From contig NMRA01000035.1 of assembly GCA_002633005.1 (NCBI GenBank), positions 600,863 to 664,862 on the forward strand: a DNA stretch of 64,000 nt. Reading direction: 5' to 3'. Within the stretch, counting starts at the first letter, position 1, and the number at the start of each line of letters is the position of its first letter. The translations under genes were made by a program, and so were the position numbers. Below the pieces are notes generated by a model. That model was not told where the DNA came from. It saw nothing but the letters and a program-made list of their open reading frames with translations, and made no database searches. Positions 46,001-58,789 of the stretch are shown here, piece by piece. The DNA is from Phoronis australis. Its lineage: Eukaryota > Animalia > Phoronida.

Positions 46001-49000
46001 GCCATTAACTAGGTCATGTGACAATGTCTTTTTAGTAATATGAAGCAAAAAAGAAGGTACAATGATATCAAAACAACGATATCAGCAACTATGACATGAT
46101 CAAATACTTTCTGATTTAAATATTCTTGATGACATCTTAAAAATGCTGTTACAGTTTTCTCAAATGTCATTTTGTTTTCGTATTATGAAACGTTACATTT
46201 TTCATAAAAATGATAAATGCCCTATTTTGAACACAAAGCATTTTTATAAAAAACAGCGATCTTATTCGTATATTTTTCGGTACGAGAAATCTAGACATTT
46301 TAAAGCAAAATCCTAACAGCGTTTTTAGATAATAACGTAAAGTTTTCACATAAAGGATTAGTAAAATTGGCTAAGGGGTTATTTTGCTATGAATGTACCT
46401 TTCTTGTACATATAAATTTGACTTAAAAGCGCGGTCACGTGACAATAATAAAGACACAGTAACAAGAAGCATATTTTTAGAACCNAAAACTAGATTAGAT
46501 CACTAACCGTTATGGAACTGGTCTCAAATTGTTCCTTAGTCAAATTGGAGTCGGTGATTATCATTGCTTCAGCAGAACTATAAGTTTGTAATTTCGGAAG
46601 ACCAAGCTAATAAAATTTCATGTCATGCCAGTGTATGGAAATTTAGGAGCGTTGTTTGAAGAGATAACAAATTGTCAGTCTCTCCCGAGCTCAGAGGTCT
46701 AAATTGCCAAGGAACAAGACAAGCATTTCTATAAGGGCAAGTGGCCTAAATCAAAACCTGTTTTTTGACAGAAGGCGCGGGTTAAATGCCATTTTAAGCA
46801 GTAACAACAGGTGTCGTTCCTCCAGAAGATGAACCAATTCTGTCAGTGAAAAGCCTAAACACTTTTAAGATTACGTGATACCCAAGAGAATTAGGACGAA
46901 GGAATTGTGAGAAATCTTATTGTTGTTCAGTGTCATTAATCCGAAGATATCAAATAGGATTTCTCCTAGTTCCGTGCTGTCGTGTCTGCATTCTGTTGTG
47001 TATTAGGCAGATGTTAAAAGTAAACAAATGAAATTGTAGTAAAGGTCATAGTCAGACTGTGTTCAGGCGTCATGTGTTACCTGCACGTGATTCTGTGGGT
47101 CGAGAAGCTGCATTCTCGTTTCTAGGCCCGTTTACCACTGGTTCCGGTGTAACTGGTTTGGATTTGATGAAATTGTTGTTAATTGTATATCTAGCATACT
47201 TCTCGCATTCGGTTCCCTTGGGAAAACAGTGGCGTTCATCCCGTACAATTGAATCGCGGCACCAAGCCTTCAAAGCGCATGCGCGAGTTCTGCGCTGTTT
47301 GCACTGTCGGGAACATGGACCCCAGCTTCCCCACGTAGTGTAGAAGAAGTCGTACATGAAACTAGTGAATGTTTCATCCGAAACTTCCTTTGATTGCGAA
47401 TCGGTTGTATTGCTCCCGTTACAAGAACCCAATAGACATCTGCGTGTTTCTCTGGTTGCCCCGTCTTCCCCACATGCGCCTGGTGCCGAACACTCACGAA
47501 TCCTGCTTTGTTTACAAGAGCGCGTGCATGGAGACCAATCCGACCAGGTTGTATATGATGACCTTGTACCATCTACCTGAAAAAAACAATATGCTGACTT
47601 GAAGCAAAATATCGAAACAGGCACTTGGTGAACGTCCGATGCATTCCCATCAGCTCGTTTTCGCCACCTCTCATATCTGGGCAGGGGTCGGCTAATAGGT
47701 CCAGACTTCATGTTCAATAAATTTGGTCTGTATTTTTATCAAGAAGGAAACGTTAACGGTCTGTTGTGTCCATTGTCGTACTCTCATGGTCAAGTTCCTG
47801 GATATATATCTGAGAGCAAATGGGTCTTACTACGCATCCCTGAATACAGGCCTCTTGTTTCTTCTCCTGCAATACATACATGTTCAAAACTTAAATCACC
47901 GGACGTCTACTGCTTGTTTTATGGACACTTTGAGTTTCTCTGCAATTTGACGGTGCCTTGCGACTAAAAAACGGGGATTCTCTTTCACGTATCATATACC
48001 GGGTGGGTAAGGGTGCGCTACACATGCAAAGTCCAAGCCATGACAATTGTACAACTGGGAATTGGGCACCAGTCAGGCAACACGAAACGATGAAACCTTC
48101 GGTCGCTTCTTCGTTTATTCACTCAGAAATCGACCTTTTTAGTTTCCGTGTGCTGGGAAAAGGTTTGCAGGGGCTTGGAATAAATACCGACAATTGAGGC
48201 TAATGTAAACATGGTATGATTCCTCGATCACTCATTGCCGATACATTGCTTATTGCGTCAAACGCACCTACATGACCTTAGCAGCTTACCAGGAGCGATG
48301 AGATAGCGGGTGAAGAGGACTCCACTGGCTTTATTAAGAAAGATTATCGGTTTCAAGGCCGAAAAAAATCACTTTTGGGATTCATGCTGAAATGGGTAGA
48401 CTTCTTCAAGTTACTAGTTTTGGCGAGAGCTATAAAACAACAAAGTCCTTTACTTTGTGATTTTATTACTATTTCTCGCTGCAGTGTCTGCCAGACATTC
48501 CGTGAAATCAAGGCAAGTGATTTTACCTATTAAGTGCGTTTAAACTACTTTGCCATTTCTTGAGTGTTTTTAGTGGCTCCGCCTGTAGGTGCAGGTTTGA
48601 TTCCGCGCTCAGGCTGTTCGCAGAAAATCACTTTAATGTCTCTTTAAGATTGGTAGTGAAATGCTTATTTTATTTGCATTGACCTCGTGATTTGTACTTA
48701 AAGTCCCATGTTGTACCATCTATGAAAACCATTGTTTTGGTTCATGTTATGAACGACAGGAATCATGGTGTTGGCGAAAGATATTCTGAGATATATCATG
48801 TCATTTTCTCGGTCTCCTAGGATATACCGACTGAGGTCAACAATTTCTATCACTGCACGTCAACATCTAGTTCATTACTGACACCGACTTCTGTTGTAGC
48901 TTCCAGCCATGTTACTCAGGTGTCCAGCAACAAAGGCGAGGATTGCAATTTTTCGTTGAAAGCTGCCAACTTGTTCATTAGACATTGACGTGACTGTCAT

Positions 49001-51430
49001 GGTACAGCGGCGTACGAAATGCAAATGTAAAGCAGAAATGGAATAACACGTAAACCCAGAGAGAACTATTTATACGTTGTGGTGTGCGTAAGTTTCTGGT
49101 CCCAGAGTAAACAGAGTTCTGTGTGGCGTTGTTGATGTAACAGTCAAGGGTGCGCCAAGTTTCAGCAAATGAATTCAATTCAATAAGTGAAACACGTGTC
49201 AGAGTGTAGGGAATTTATAAGTTCTCTTATATTTACACACAGTATCTCTGCTGCGGACTTCTGCTATTTGTTTAGAGTTTGGATCGCATGGCGTGTCAGG
49301 AAATATTTCACCGTAACGACCGATGAGTGTTTAAGTAACGTATGCGCTGAATACTGACCATGACTCTTACCACCCGATCCAGTGCATGCCGTTGTTACGT
49401 AAGATGCGTTAGATGGGAAGTTTGTCGCATCTCCTGGGCACAAAATCCCATTTCAGAACTCGAACTCCTAAGAAGTTTTCGTATTATTCTATCTGAGACG
49501 AATGAGAACAAGTGACGAATAAGGACTGTTGAGATTTTTCCTTCGTTACCAAAGCTGCACTATATTGTGACTGGATATATCCAGAACTTCATGGTTTCGC
49601 TAACTAAAATTCTTTAAACGGAAACTGTAGAATATCTATAACCAATATTGGAAAGAATTTTGTGAGTCTCGCTTTATCTAATTAAACACAATTCTTCGTC
49701 AATCATTTCGCAGGCGAATTGAATACTGGGGGAAAATTATTTGCTAAAAGTAGGATTGTATTCATAAAATGGTTCAATAACAGGCCTACGGGTTTACTAA
49801 TGTGTATGCAATCTGCGAATTAAAATAAAATATATGGTGTGTAATAATTGCAAACATAAGTTAAATGATTTGTTCTCATAAACACTTGATGTATGCATGC
49901 TGTGTTCCCTGCTTTCATAAGGAATTTTCGTGACGTGAAGTTTGGCAGAACGTTGGCATATATCTATGATTTTTTTCCAACAAGAGAGCGGACACAAAAT
50001 GGTTCGACATATCCTCTGGTAGATGCGATCTTAGTGTCGGATTTTGATATACCGAAAGCTGCCTAAGCAACCAATTTTGACCGGATTGAAATTTTAGATT
50101 ATCAGTGGTTAATTCTATGGCAATTCTGTTGTGACACAGATTTACCGCCCAGGCAAATTGTTATTCCGCCTGCGGCAGATTGCTGTTTCGCATGGGCGGA
50201 TTATTATCCTAACAGCCACCATGAAATTTGGCCCGTTTGAGAAACAAGTTTTGAAATTCTAGATCAGAGGCTATAAAACGTCTCGCTTCATTTAAAATGA
50301 AGATAGAGCTAATCCAAAAACAAATACTGCTATGTGAACTTGACCTCAACAACACCAAATTAAATTGTGAACATAGTGACTTTGAGAAACGCTGAAACGT
50401 GCAATTTTAGGAATCACGGTCATATGGGTTGGACAAGATCGCTGAAAACTTATCTACTCCAGAAAATTAATCCTCACAGTAAATCACTACAAAAATCGTA
50501 TATTTGACAATAGGTTCACAGAGAAAACTGCAAAACCTTCACAAGAGAAATGACTTTTGGCATGGACACCAAATGCTAATGTCCTCATGAATGCGTTTAC
50601 AAGTTATTTCGAGTGCCTAAAAAGATCAATTACCAAAAAAACCTGACATCGAATCTCTCGTAATTTTGGAAGAAGAACGTGTCAATTTTCCGGTCGTCTT
50701 TTTGACTCAGGAAATAGATGTAACTATCCCATTCCACTGTTACAGGCTCAGTCACTCCAACTCGGGCAATAAACCAAAATGCGTAGGCGACCTTTAGTGG
50801 TAGGATTTTCGACGAGCATTATCACTAATGGAGATTGCCTAAAACGTATGCCGGGCACAGGGTAGCGAACACAAAAAATGCACAGTTCAAAGCTGTCGAT
50901 ATTTTTTTCTTCAATTTTCAAACATTTTGGTCATATACAATATTATCTAATAAGGCAATAATAATAATGATAATAATAAGATGCTTTACGTCACTAACAA
51001 ATAACATATTTTTAACTCTATCGTTATCCAAGCGTATGAAGGAGCGTGGTTCATGCTTACATATCAGGAATCTGCCAATGTGGCATTGCAATCTACAACG
51101 AGAAATTGCTTGGCAACAATTTTATATAACTTGAAGTCGAAAGATTACACGGATGGAGTACCCAAACTTCAAATCAGAAGAGAGGTGTATGCGTTCTAGT
51201 CGTTTTGTCAAATTGATACCCGCCGTCAGTGGACCTGAAAACATTAGACATAATACAGCAACAGAAACAATCCTAGTATGTCAACACTGAACACTGACAA
51301 AATACCAACTGAACAAACTTTTCCCAAAAACGAGAATTGAAAGTATACTTACATTATTTGTTGTCAGTGACAGTAAGAGTACGACCAAACACGAAAAACA
51401 CGAGATATCCGATCTGCGGCTGAAAACCAT
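38356..51430 (-). CDS. Secreted trypsin-family (S1A) serine protease with two N-terminal TSP1 repeats, 473 aa; exons 51353..51430, 45341..45836 (or duplicate 47081..47576), 43689..43855, 38356..39036
   Basis: Signal-peptide exon MVFSRRSDISCFSCLVVLLLSLTTNN ends in gtaagt. There are two WxxWxxCxxxC TSP1 motifs, an activation site KR|VIGG...WPWQ, an intact triad (TAAHC, DLALL, GDSGGP), and Asp at the S1 position (DSCSGDSG). Intron phases 0, 1, 0 are consistent. Confidence 0.88.
42921..43029. repeat. (CAG)n microsatellite in the protease intron
   Basis: An interrupted CAG tract that explains the poly-L/A/C ORFs. Confidence 0.97.
44110..47730. repeat. Near-identical tandem duplication (~44110-45990 and 45992-47730) containing the TSP1 exon twice; likely haplotype/assembly artefact
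   Basis: The two 215-aa ORFs differ by one residue (K/E). The junction falls exactly on an N at 45991, with further Ns at 44717 and 46485. Confidence 0.9.
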
Positions 51431-52569
51431 CACTAGGAAAGATACTTAACAATGTCTCTTGTGAGTGCTAAAACTTGAACGAAGATTTTCGATTTACAGT
51501 TATAGGTATATGTATCAACTACCGAGTCGTAAAGGTTTGCGAGCTCAACCGTAGGCCGAAACTGATTCGTAAAGACTGCCGTACCGTGACTCGTTTCCGT
51601 GATTTTCACAGATTATTCGTCACTCGAATCAGCGCCCCCTGCCCTGCCGCCGTGGACCTCGGAAGTTCCAATCTCTTCAGCTAACTGCTAGTAGCGCCCT
51701 CTAACAAATTACGGTAGTGCAAAATGCTATAATAACTGATTAATAAATAATGTGAAATAGCCCAGACAACAAAATAGGTGCCGACGTCATGGATCATGAC
51801 CAGGGAGACGGGATTTGACAATGAATAGACAAAGGGCCCATACGCGGACTCAGGAGCCCTGGAGCATGACCAAGAGCAGCATTCAGCATTTCGTTCGTAT
51901 TCCGCGCTTGTATGGCTTACAAAAACATTCATCCTTCCCCAAATGCCCCCNCTGGATACTACCCTCTGCACATAAGCCTCAGAAACTACAAACAACACAA
52001 TTTATCAATAGAAAAAACATGACATACCGGGTTTAGTCTGTGATGACAAATTCAAAACCTCGGTGAACTGACATTGAACAGATGATTTCTGAATAATTAT
52101 TTTTTCCACGTGTCAGTTGTATCACACTAGTAAGAAGGTACACACGGCCTGAAAGCTATTCAGAAGATTTGGTTCAGTTCGTATCACGTTAATTAGGTCT
52201 ACTTGTTTTTAAAACTTCTGTCTGTTGTTTTTTCCGCTCAATTTACATACAAGGTAAAGGGGTAGATTAAAATGTGTTCGTTTCCCCGCGTGTGACTGAC
52301 CGTAAAGTATCTGTGCAGCGCAATACATCTTTTTGTCTCCTAAAATCGCTTTCAGGTATTCATGTAATATCAGTAATCTAAACTCTGTTCCAAACTCTAA
52401 CTTATCTACCATGGCACGACGTTTCGATTGATCATTTTTCTGGCCATTTTCAGGTGTTACAGCGTTCTCAGAAGAACGATTGCGAGTACATTCGTTGTGG
52501 TCAATGGTTAGCACTGGGAATTGTATTTTCTTGGTGCACGGTGGAATTTGATGTTCGTACAAGTAGACC

Positions 52570-53576
52570 AAGAGATTTTTTTGTGGATAAACATATTAAT
52601 CGGTTTGTCTCAAAAGTTGAACAACATTATCATGTACAAACATTTACTGGTAATGTTAAAATTGGTTCTACAAAAACTGTTTGTCCAAAAGTTATGTACA
52701 AAATGAACAAGTCCTAAAGAACATAATCTATAATAATGTAAGAGTTGTTAGTCCTAACGACAAACTAGATGTAATTATTTATTACAAGATTATGAAGATC
52801 TCTAATTTAGTGATGAGAAACAATATTAGTCGTGAGAAGGTCCGCACCGTTGCTAGATGTAATGTTGTTTATGAGTTTACTTGTCCTGCGGTCGAATGTT
52901 TTCTTCCTCATCGGAAACAAAATTACATTGAGCACACAGTGTGTTCCTTGTCACGGCGACTTTCAATGAATTTACAAAACGGTTCCATAAAAGACCATTT
53001 TCAAAACGTTCTTGGTCGCAAGATAACTCATCGAGAGATTGTCGACAATACAGTCATTAGATACCCTGAAAATGATGTACACAGGTTACGAACATTAGAG
53101 TCGCTTCTAATAATTTTTGAAAAACCCAGTTTGAACGAGAAGCTAACTGGAACTCGAAGGACTATCGTTATTTAGGTGATCTGTAGATTATGTTGCACAG
53201 CAACGTATGTATATTTATATATGTTTTTATCGTCATAGTTGCGCATGCCAACTTCACGTGTTATATTCCATTTGTCATTTCTGATGTGCGTTTCACTGTG
53301 AACTAGTTGTAAATAGTAGCATGAAGATGAAATACGTGTCTCGAAATATTGATTTTTAAATTATGTTACCTACTGATGTCGTTTGGATTTTTGTTGCACA
53401 GTTGTGATGTAAAGACAAGGTCTCTATTTAGAGAGTTGGAAAGAACTGAGATTAAACTAGTAAAAACAGATCAAAGTCGTGTTTTCAATGACATATGTAT
53501 ACGAGAAAGATTACTGCCAAATTATAGTGATCACAAACTCAAAAGGAACATTTTTGAACAGATCCAAAATTGTTAG
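52570..53576 (+). mobile_element. Penelope-like retroelement relic: degenerate linker and GIY-YIG endonuclease, followed by a restart of the ORF N-terminus (pLTR/partial-tandem tail)
   Basis: NVVYEFTCPAVEC...NYIEHTVCSLSRRLSMNL...LESLLIIFEKPSLN matches the PLE GIY-YIG pattern (VY..YIG.T...L..R..H...E...I....P.LN) with YIG changed to YIE and H to N, and a frameshift lies upstream. ORF 53349-53576 (RELERTEIKL...FNDICIRERLLP) resembles PLE ORF N-termini (recalled from memory). Confidence 0.78.
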
Positions 53577-55397
53577 AAGCATGAGCTACGCGTTGTATCC
53601 GAAACTAGAGATTGTTTCATCTCATCATGGTGTTTCATATCCGTGAATTCTAGTCAGCAAAGTTGTTAAATCGGCTTGTTTTCACCGTTTTATTGGTTTT
53701 GAATTGTTTCGAACTGAAACCAGTCAAGGTTTTGGGAGTTTTCACAAAATTTTGAATTGTTCAACAAACACGTCGACAAAATAGACTTTGGAAAGACTGT
53801 AGGCGGTCTTATGACCATTTGTTCCCACCAGTTTGATTTTATGCCCGGTAGGTGTCCGTCACATCTTGCAAATTCTATGTTCGGGCATTTTCTCTCCCGC
53901 TACCCCAAGTCAGTGGTAGTGGGGATAGTTCTTTGAAGGGGGCCAGGTGAGAAAATGTGCCCCCCCCCCGTGCGCCCCAAATTCTGATAACCAACACTTA
54001 CAGTGGTTTCACAAACTACGCTAACATAAATGCGGGTAATTGTGATTTTGTGTAGGTGACTTCGCTACGAATGCCGCGGTAGAAATGTGCATCCACATGA
54101 GTTTTACCTATGTTATAACGTGCATGCAGTTCGACTATTGTGCATGGCCAACAGGTACGTTGATGGCTAATAAACCACAAGCAAAGAAAAGGAATCGACA
54201 CATTTTTATTTAACGGTGATTATTCATAGAATTCATCGTTTAAAACTTGTGGAATAAGAGTGGAATACGTTGTGGGTATCGAAGACAGTTTTAACTAGTG
54301 CATGGTTATCAGAAAAGTTGATCTAGCTCAATAGTGTAACCCACCAGAGCGAACCTGACAGACGGCCATTTCCAAGCATGAGGATGTCCATAGGGCACTG
54401 TGGCACCAAAGAAACTTGGTTACTTCAGGGCCGTAGTAGGCAGGGGCACGTGCCCTCCCAAAAAAAAAAAAACTTTTCAGGCGTCAGCAAACGTCAGGGT
54501 TAAACCGTGGCAACCGACATAGGCGTTGGTCCGAGGACAATCAAGAAGAAAGTCTGCGAAATACGGATAAGAGAGAAAAATCAAGAGAACATTTAACAAC
54601 TCTGTATCAGTGCACGGTTTACATTTTGATGACCCTGACCACGACATTGTTGTTTGGGTATCCGCTTTTTAGCACAGGTCGTCTAAACGCACTTGATAAC
54701 GTACACGTAATCATTCATACACATATTTTAAAAAGTCGAGAAAATTTGCAAAGCGAAGCATTTGAGGAGCGTATTGAAAATATAAATATTTTCATATTTA
54801 GGGTCCACGCCCTTGAAGGAAGTCATTGATGACATTCAAGCTGTTATCCTTTTTGTGTTTTATTGACGAATTCTTAAGGGACCGCTCACGGAGAGAGGGC
54901 CCAATATTGGAATCGATTACCTCTATTTTCCTGTTTTTGTGAAATCGTGCAACCAGCTTTCATGTTAAAGAAGGTCACTTCCTGCACCGTCTTGTGACCA
55001 CACGACGGTGGAATGAACTGCCAAGCTGATGTTTTGCCATTTCACTGAGACGGAACCCTCGCTTGGTAGAGCAGTTCGGGGAAAGTGTCCCTTTGTCCCT
55101 CTATAGATGTAAATCCGACACTGTACTCACGAGGGAAGTTGAGATTCTAAATTAATCAAAAAACACAAAACATTTGTGCACAGCACAGCAGTATCAAGAC
55201 ATTCGTTCCTAACTGCCAAAAATGTGAAAAAATACAATTCGATTGACCGCCATCCAAAGGGTGGAATTTTGAAGAACGTGAAGACTACTATTTGTGAATT
55301 ACAGAAAAGGACTATTTCCGATCGTTAGTTATGAGATAATGTTACTGTTTCCCATAGTAGCATAAGAGTAGTATATTTTTTGAAGATGGTTACTATA

Positions 55398-55680
55398 ATG
55401 GCGGATCTAGGATACCATAAGGGGGGGCCTAACATGTTGCCTCGTTGAATTGGGCAAAGCGCGATCGCATGTGCACAGGCGGCCCGAAAGTTGCGGGGGC
55501 CGGCGATGTGGATCCCCTTTCAGAAAATCTACCGGTGGACTAAAAAGAAAACGGGGACGCCGTTGCCATCTGGTGTCCCCTCGTCCGTACCGGTCCTAGT
55601 TACTGAACTCAATATTTCCTCGCGCTTCACGCTCTTGTTGTTTCATTTGCTTGCGGCAGCCAAGGGGGGAGGGGGCTGCC
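55398..55680 (+). mobile_element. MITE family B, 3'-truncated copy
   Basis: tggcggatctaggataccataagggggg...atttcctcgcgcttcacgct...cggcagccaagg is shared with 37305-37600. Confidence 0.78.
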
Positions 55681-55980
55681 TATGTACTATGAGTCGTTTG
55701 TAAGGAATTACCACCTGCGGAATGCACTGCAGTCGATACTACTATTTGTGATGACCGTGTACATGTCGAACGGGGGTACTCAAAGAACTCTCGCAACCAT
55801 AAACAAAGATTTCAGCGTATTTTTTGTCCGTGGAGTTCAAGTTTACCTCGTGAACCGTTATAGGTAGGTCTCAATGCACCTTAATAAGACTGCCCCATCT
55901 CCCATCTTTACCCAGTTTCTAGTAAAAAATTTGCGAGCATGCCTGTAGAAATTGCTTATAACAGTCCGTTTTGATAAAAA

Positions 55981-56700
55981 ATTCATTGATTTCTGATTTA
56001 CTTGTTTATACATGTATATCTTAGAAAATCGATAAATTCATAGATGATTTTTAAAAATTAGAAGCTAATCTTGGAAGAGTTGATGATGTTTCAGCGATTT
56101 AGTTCAGTACAGCCTGAAGCCGGAAAACTATAATCCAATCCCCAAATAGTAAAGTACACCTAGGAACCAATACACTTAGACAATTTTTGCCTATCTAAAA
56201 TAACTCTCAAAGATATTGATGAAATTTGGACAATTCCCCAAAAATATACTCACAATTCAAATGCCAATAAATGCATTACTTTTTGACTTTGGTACAAGAT
56301 TTGTTGTTTATACTCACATCATAAAGGAATTGAGTCATTAATTCATGATAAACGCATTGCTCTTGGAATCCATTGATGATTTCTGATTTACATGTTTATG
56401 TATCTACGAAAATCAACTGATTGTAGATGATTTTTTGACAATTAGAAGCGAACCTTTTAAGAAATGATGATGCTTCAATGAACCTAGTTGCAGACTGACA
56501 TTAGGAAAATTCAATCTATCATCAGATTACAAATAGCAAAGTACACTAAACTATTTTTGTCTGCCTGAAATAAGTCTCAGTCGAGTGTATTGATGAATGT
56601 CGAACAGCAACTACAAAGTGTCCCAAAATTTTATCACAATCAAATGACAATAAATTGTTTGTTGAATTAGGAATTAGATTAGTGGTTTAAATTCACAAAA
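55981..56700. repeat. Old diverged tandem duplication of a ~350-bp unit (55981-56325; 56368-56700)
   Basis: Shared blocks in the same order: gatttctgatttac, tagatgatttt..aattagaagc, caaatag.aaagtacac, tattgatgaa, caaatg.caataaat. Confidence 0.75.
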
Positions 56701-57747
56701 AGTAGAACGAAAGAAGTTTTAAAAGTCCTTAAATAAACAAAACTAAACTCGTTGCTTGGAAAGGTTGTCTTTGCACTTGATGTTCTTGGTTTTCAGTAGT
56801 ATTTCACAATAATTAGAATATTTGTTCTTCAAAAGTGAATTGTTTGCTTGCACCGATTTCCGTGCATAATTTCCCAACAATGTCTGCCTTCTTATTGGCC
56901 TGTAGCTTTTCGTGCTCCAAAAAGCTCTGAGATCCCGTTCTATTCAGAAGCTCATTGACCACGCCTTCTGCTGCCGTCAGTGGCATCTATTGGCTGAACT
57001 CCGAAATCATGATGCGAGACCGGAAATTATGAAATGTGCAATTGTATTGACCCCCCTCTCGCAAGGAGTATAAGTAGGAATTGGTCACGTCATTCTTTCC
57101 TTTTATTCGCGTGGCATCGCCCTGTTCGGTGAGTGAAATTATATCTGTTGGATGTTCATGCAACTTTTGTTCATCGCTAGTATTTTGTGATGTTATACGC
57201 TTCTCTTAAGAATAAAATTTATCATGGGTTTCATATGTTTATGATTATTTCGCTATATTTATTGAAAATCCTTCTAATTACCCGACTTGTTCTGGTTGAT
57301 TCACGATTGCATTGAAAAGTTCATTCTAAAGAAGAAAGTGGAAGGATTTTTCTCATTATTCTTTGTGGTCGACAGCAACTTGTGACATTGTCAGTTCGGT
57401 AGCTTGAGAGAGCCAAAAAAACTGTTTTCGGTCTCTTTTGACCGTGTCGCCGTAGACGTACGGGCGCTTGAGTTTATCCGTTTTCCGATCATCATTGACG
57501 TCACTCACTACATAGAATAGTCATAAGTCATCGGTAAATACGAGCGCCTATGGTTTGATGATAGTCTTCCTTCCGACTCCGTACAGCTAGCTTACTTGTA
57601 GGCTATCACCATAGGCATAGTCTGCTGGTGCAGCTTGTAGATACGATGGACCTATAGGCGCTTCTCACTCCGGAACCTTTTCGGCGAATTATGCCTCGCA
57701 CTCACTGACTTAAACATCTAAGTCTCTTTGTTATAATTACCGTTTTT

Positions 57748-58670
57748 GCATAGAGGGGCACCCTAGGAGGTCGTCGGATGTTCATAATTTTCTCCAACTC
57801 AAACAAATACTCCTGTAACAAAATTTTTCTGTAGGCATTCCCTCGTTCAGGTCACAAGCGTCCTCGGCTTCTGATTGTCCCCAATGCATATATAATTCTA
57901 TAAGGTATGACACTCATGACAAATTTCACCGGTGGCGGTGCTTCACTTCGGCCGTCCATATCAAACATGAAACTCAATAAATTTACCCAAAACAGGGTTT
58001 CAACAAACCATTAATAGTTGTCCTTTCTTCTTATACCATGCACGGTGTCCTGCTCCAACGAGATCGCATCAAATTCACAGTCCAAGCACAAAAATGTTCT
58101 CAAAGAGCCCACGCGTCAGTCCTCCTTTGAGGGTTCGAGGTCAAGGACGGTACGACAGTTGCCGATTGGTCACGACATCGATAACTACACACCATTTCTT
58201 AACCTTACGTGATGAACCGGCAATTGCTGTCCATCCGTTACTCATCATATAATTCCGTGCCGTCCTTCACCTCGAACCGTCAAAGGAGGACTGATGCGTC
58301 AGCTTTTTGGGAACATGTTGGTGCTTTGACCGCAAATTAATTGCGATCTTGCTAAAGCAAGGACGGCTGACGCGAAGCAACCGTGGAATTTCTTGTCCAG
58401 CGTGTCGTAACTTGTAGTATTATGTATATAGTGTATTGGGGACGATCAGAAGCTGTGAGGACGCCTGTGGTTCAGTTCTTAAAATCGGTAACTCTCCAGT
58501 TCAAACGCTGTGCCCGGCAGGTGGCGTGACATACGTATCCCGTAATGTGTGCTGTGTGAAAATGGAGAGTTATACATTTTGGGAACTGAACAAGGGACTG
58601 CTTGAAGAAAAGGTTTAATAACTGGAGTATTTGTTCGAGTTGGCGGCCTCCTAAGATGTACCTCTCTGCT
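57748..58670. repeat. ~920-bp diverged foldback (inverted duplication) centred near 58205
   Basis: Arms 57748-58160 and 58250-58670 align as reverse complements in several blocks (e.g. cagtcctcctttga.ggttcgaggt / acctcgaacc.tcaaaggaggactg; ccaactc.aacaaatactcc / ggagtatttgtt.gagttgg). Each arm has one private insertion. Confidence 0.82.
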
Positions 58671-58789
58671 AGGGTGAGCAAAGCAAAGTACAAATTTCAT
58701 CAGAAACACTTGCAAAGGCTCTTGAATGGTAGCTCCAGACATGCCATTTATACAACTTTTTGAATTTTTTTAATCAGACAGTTCTCAAG

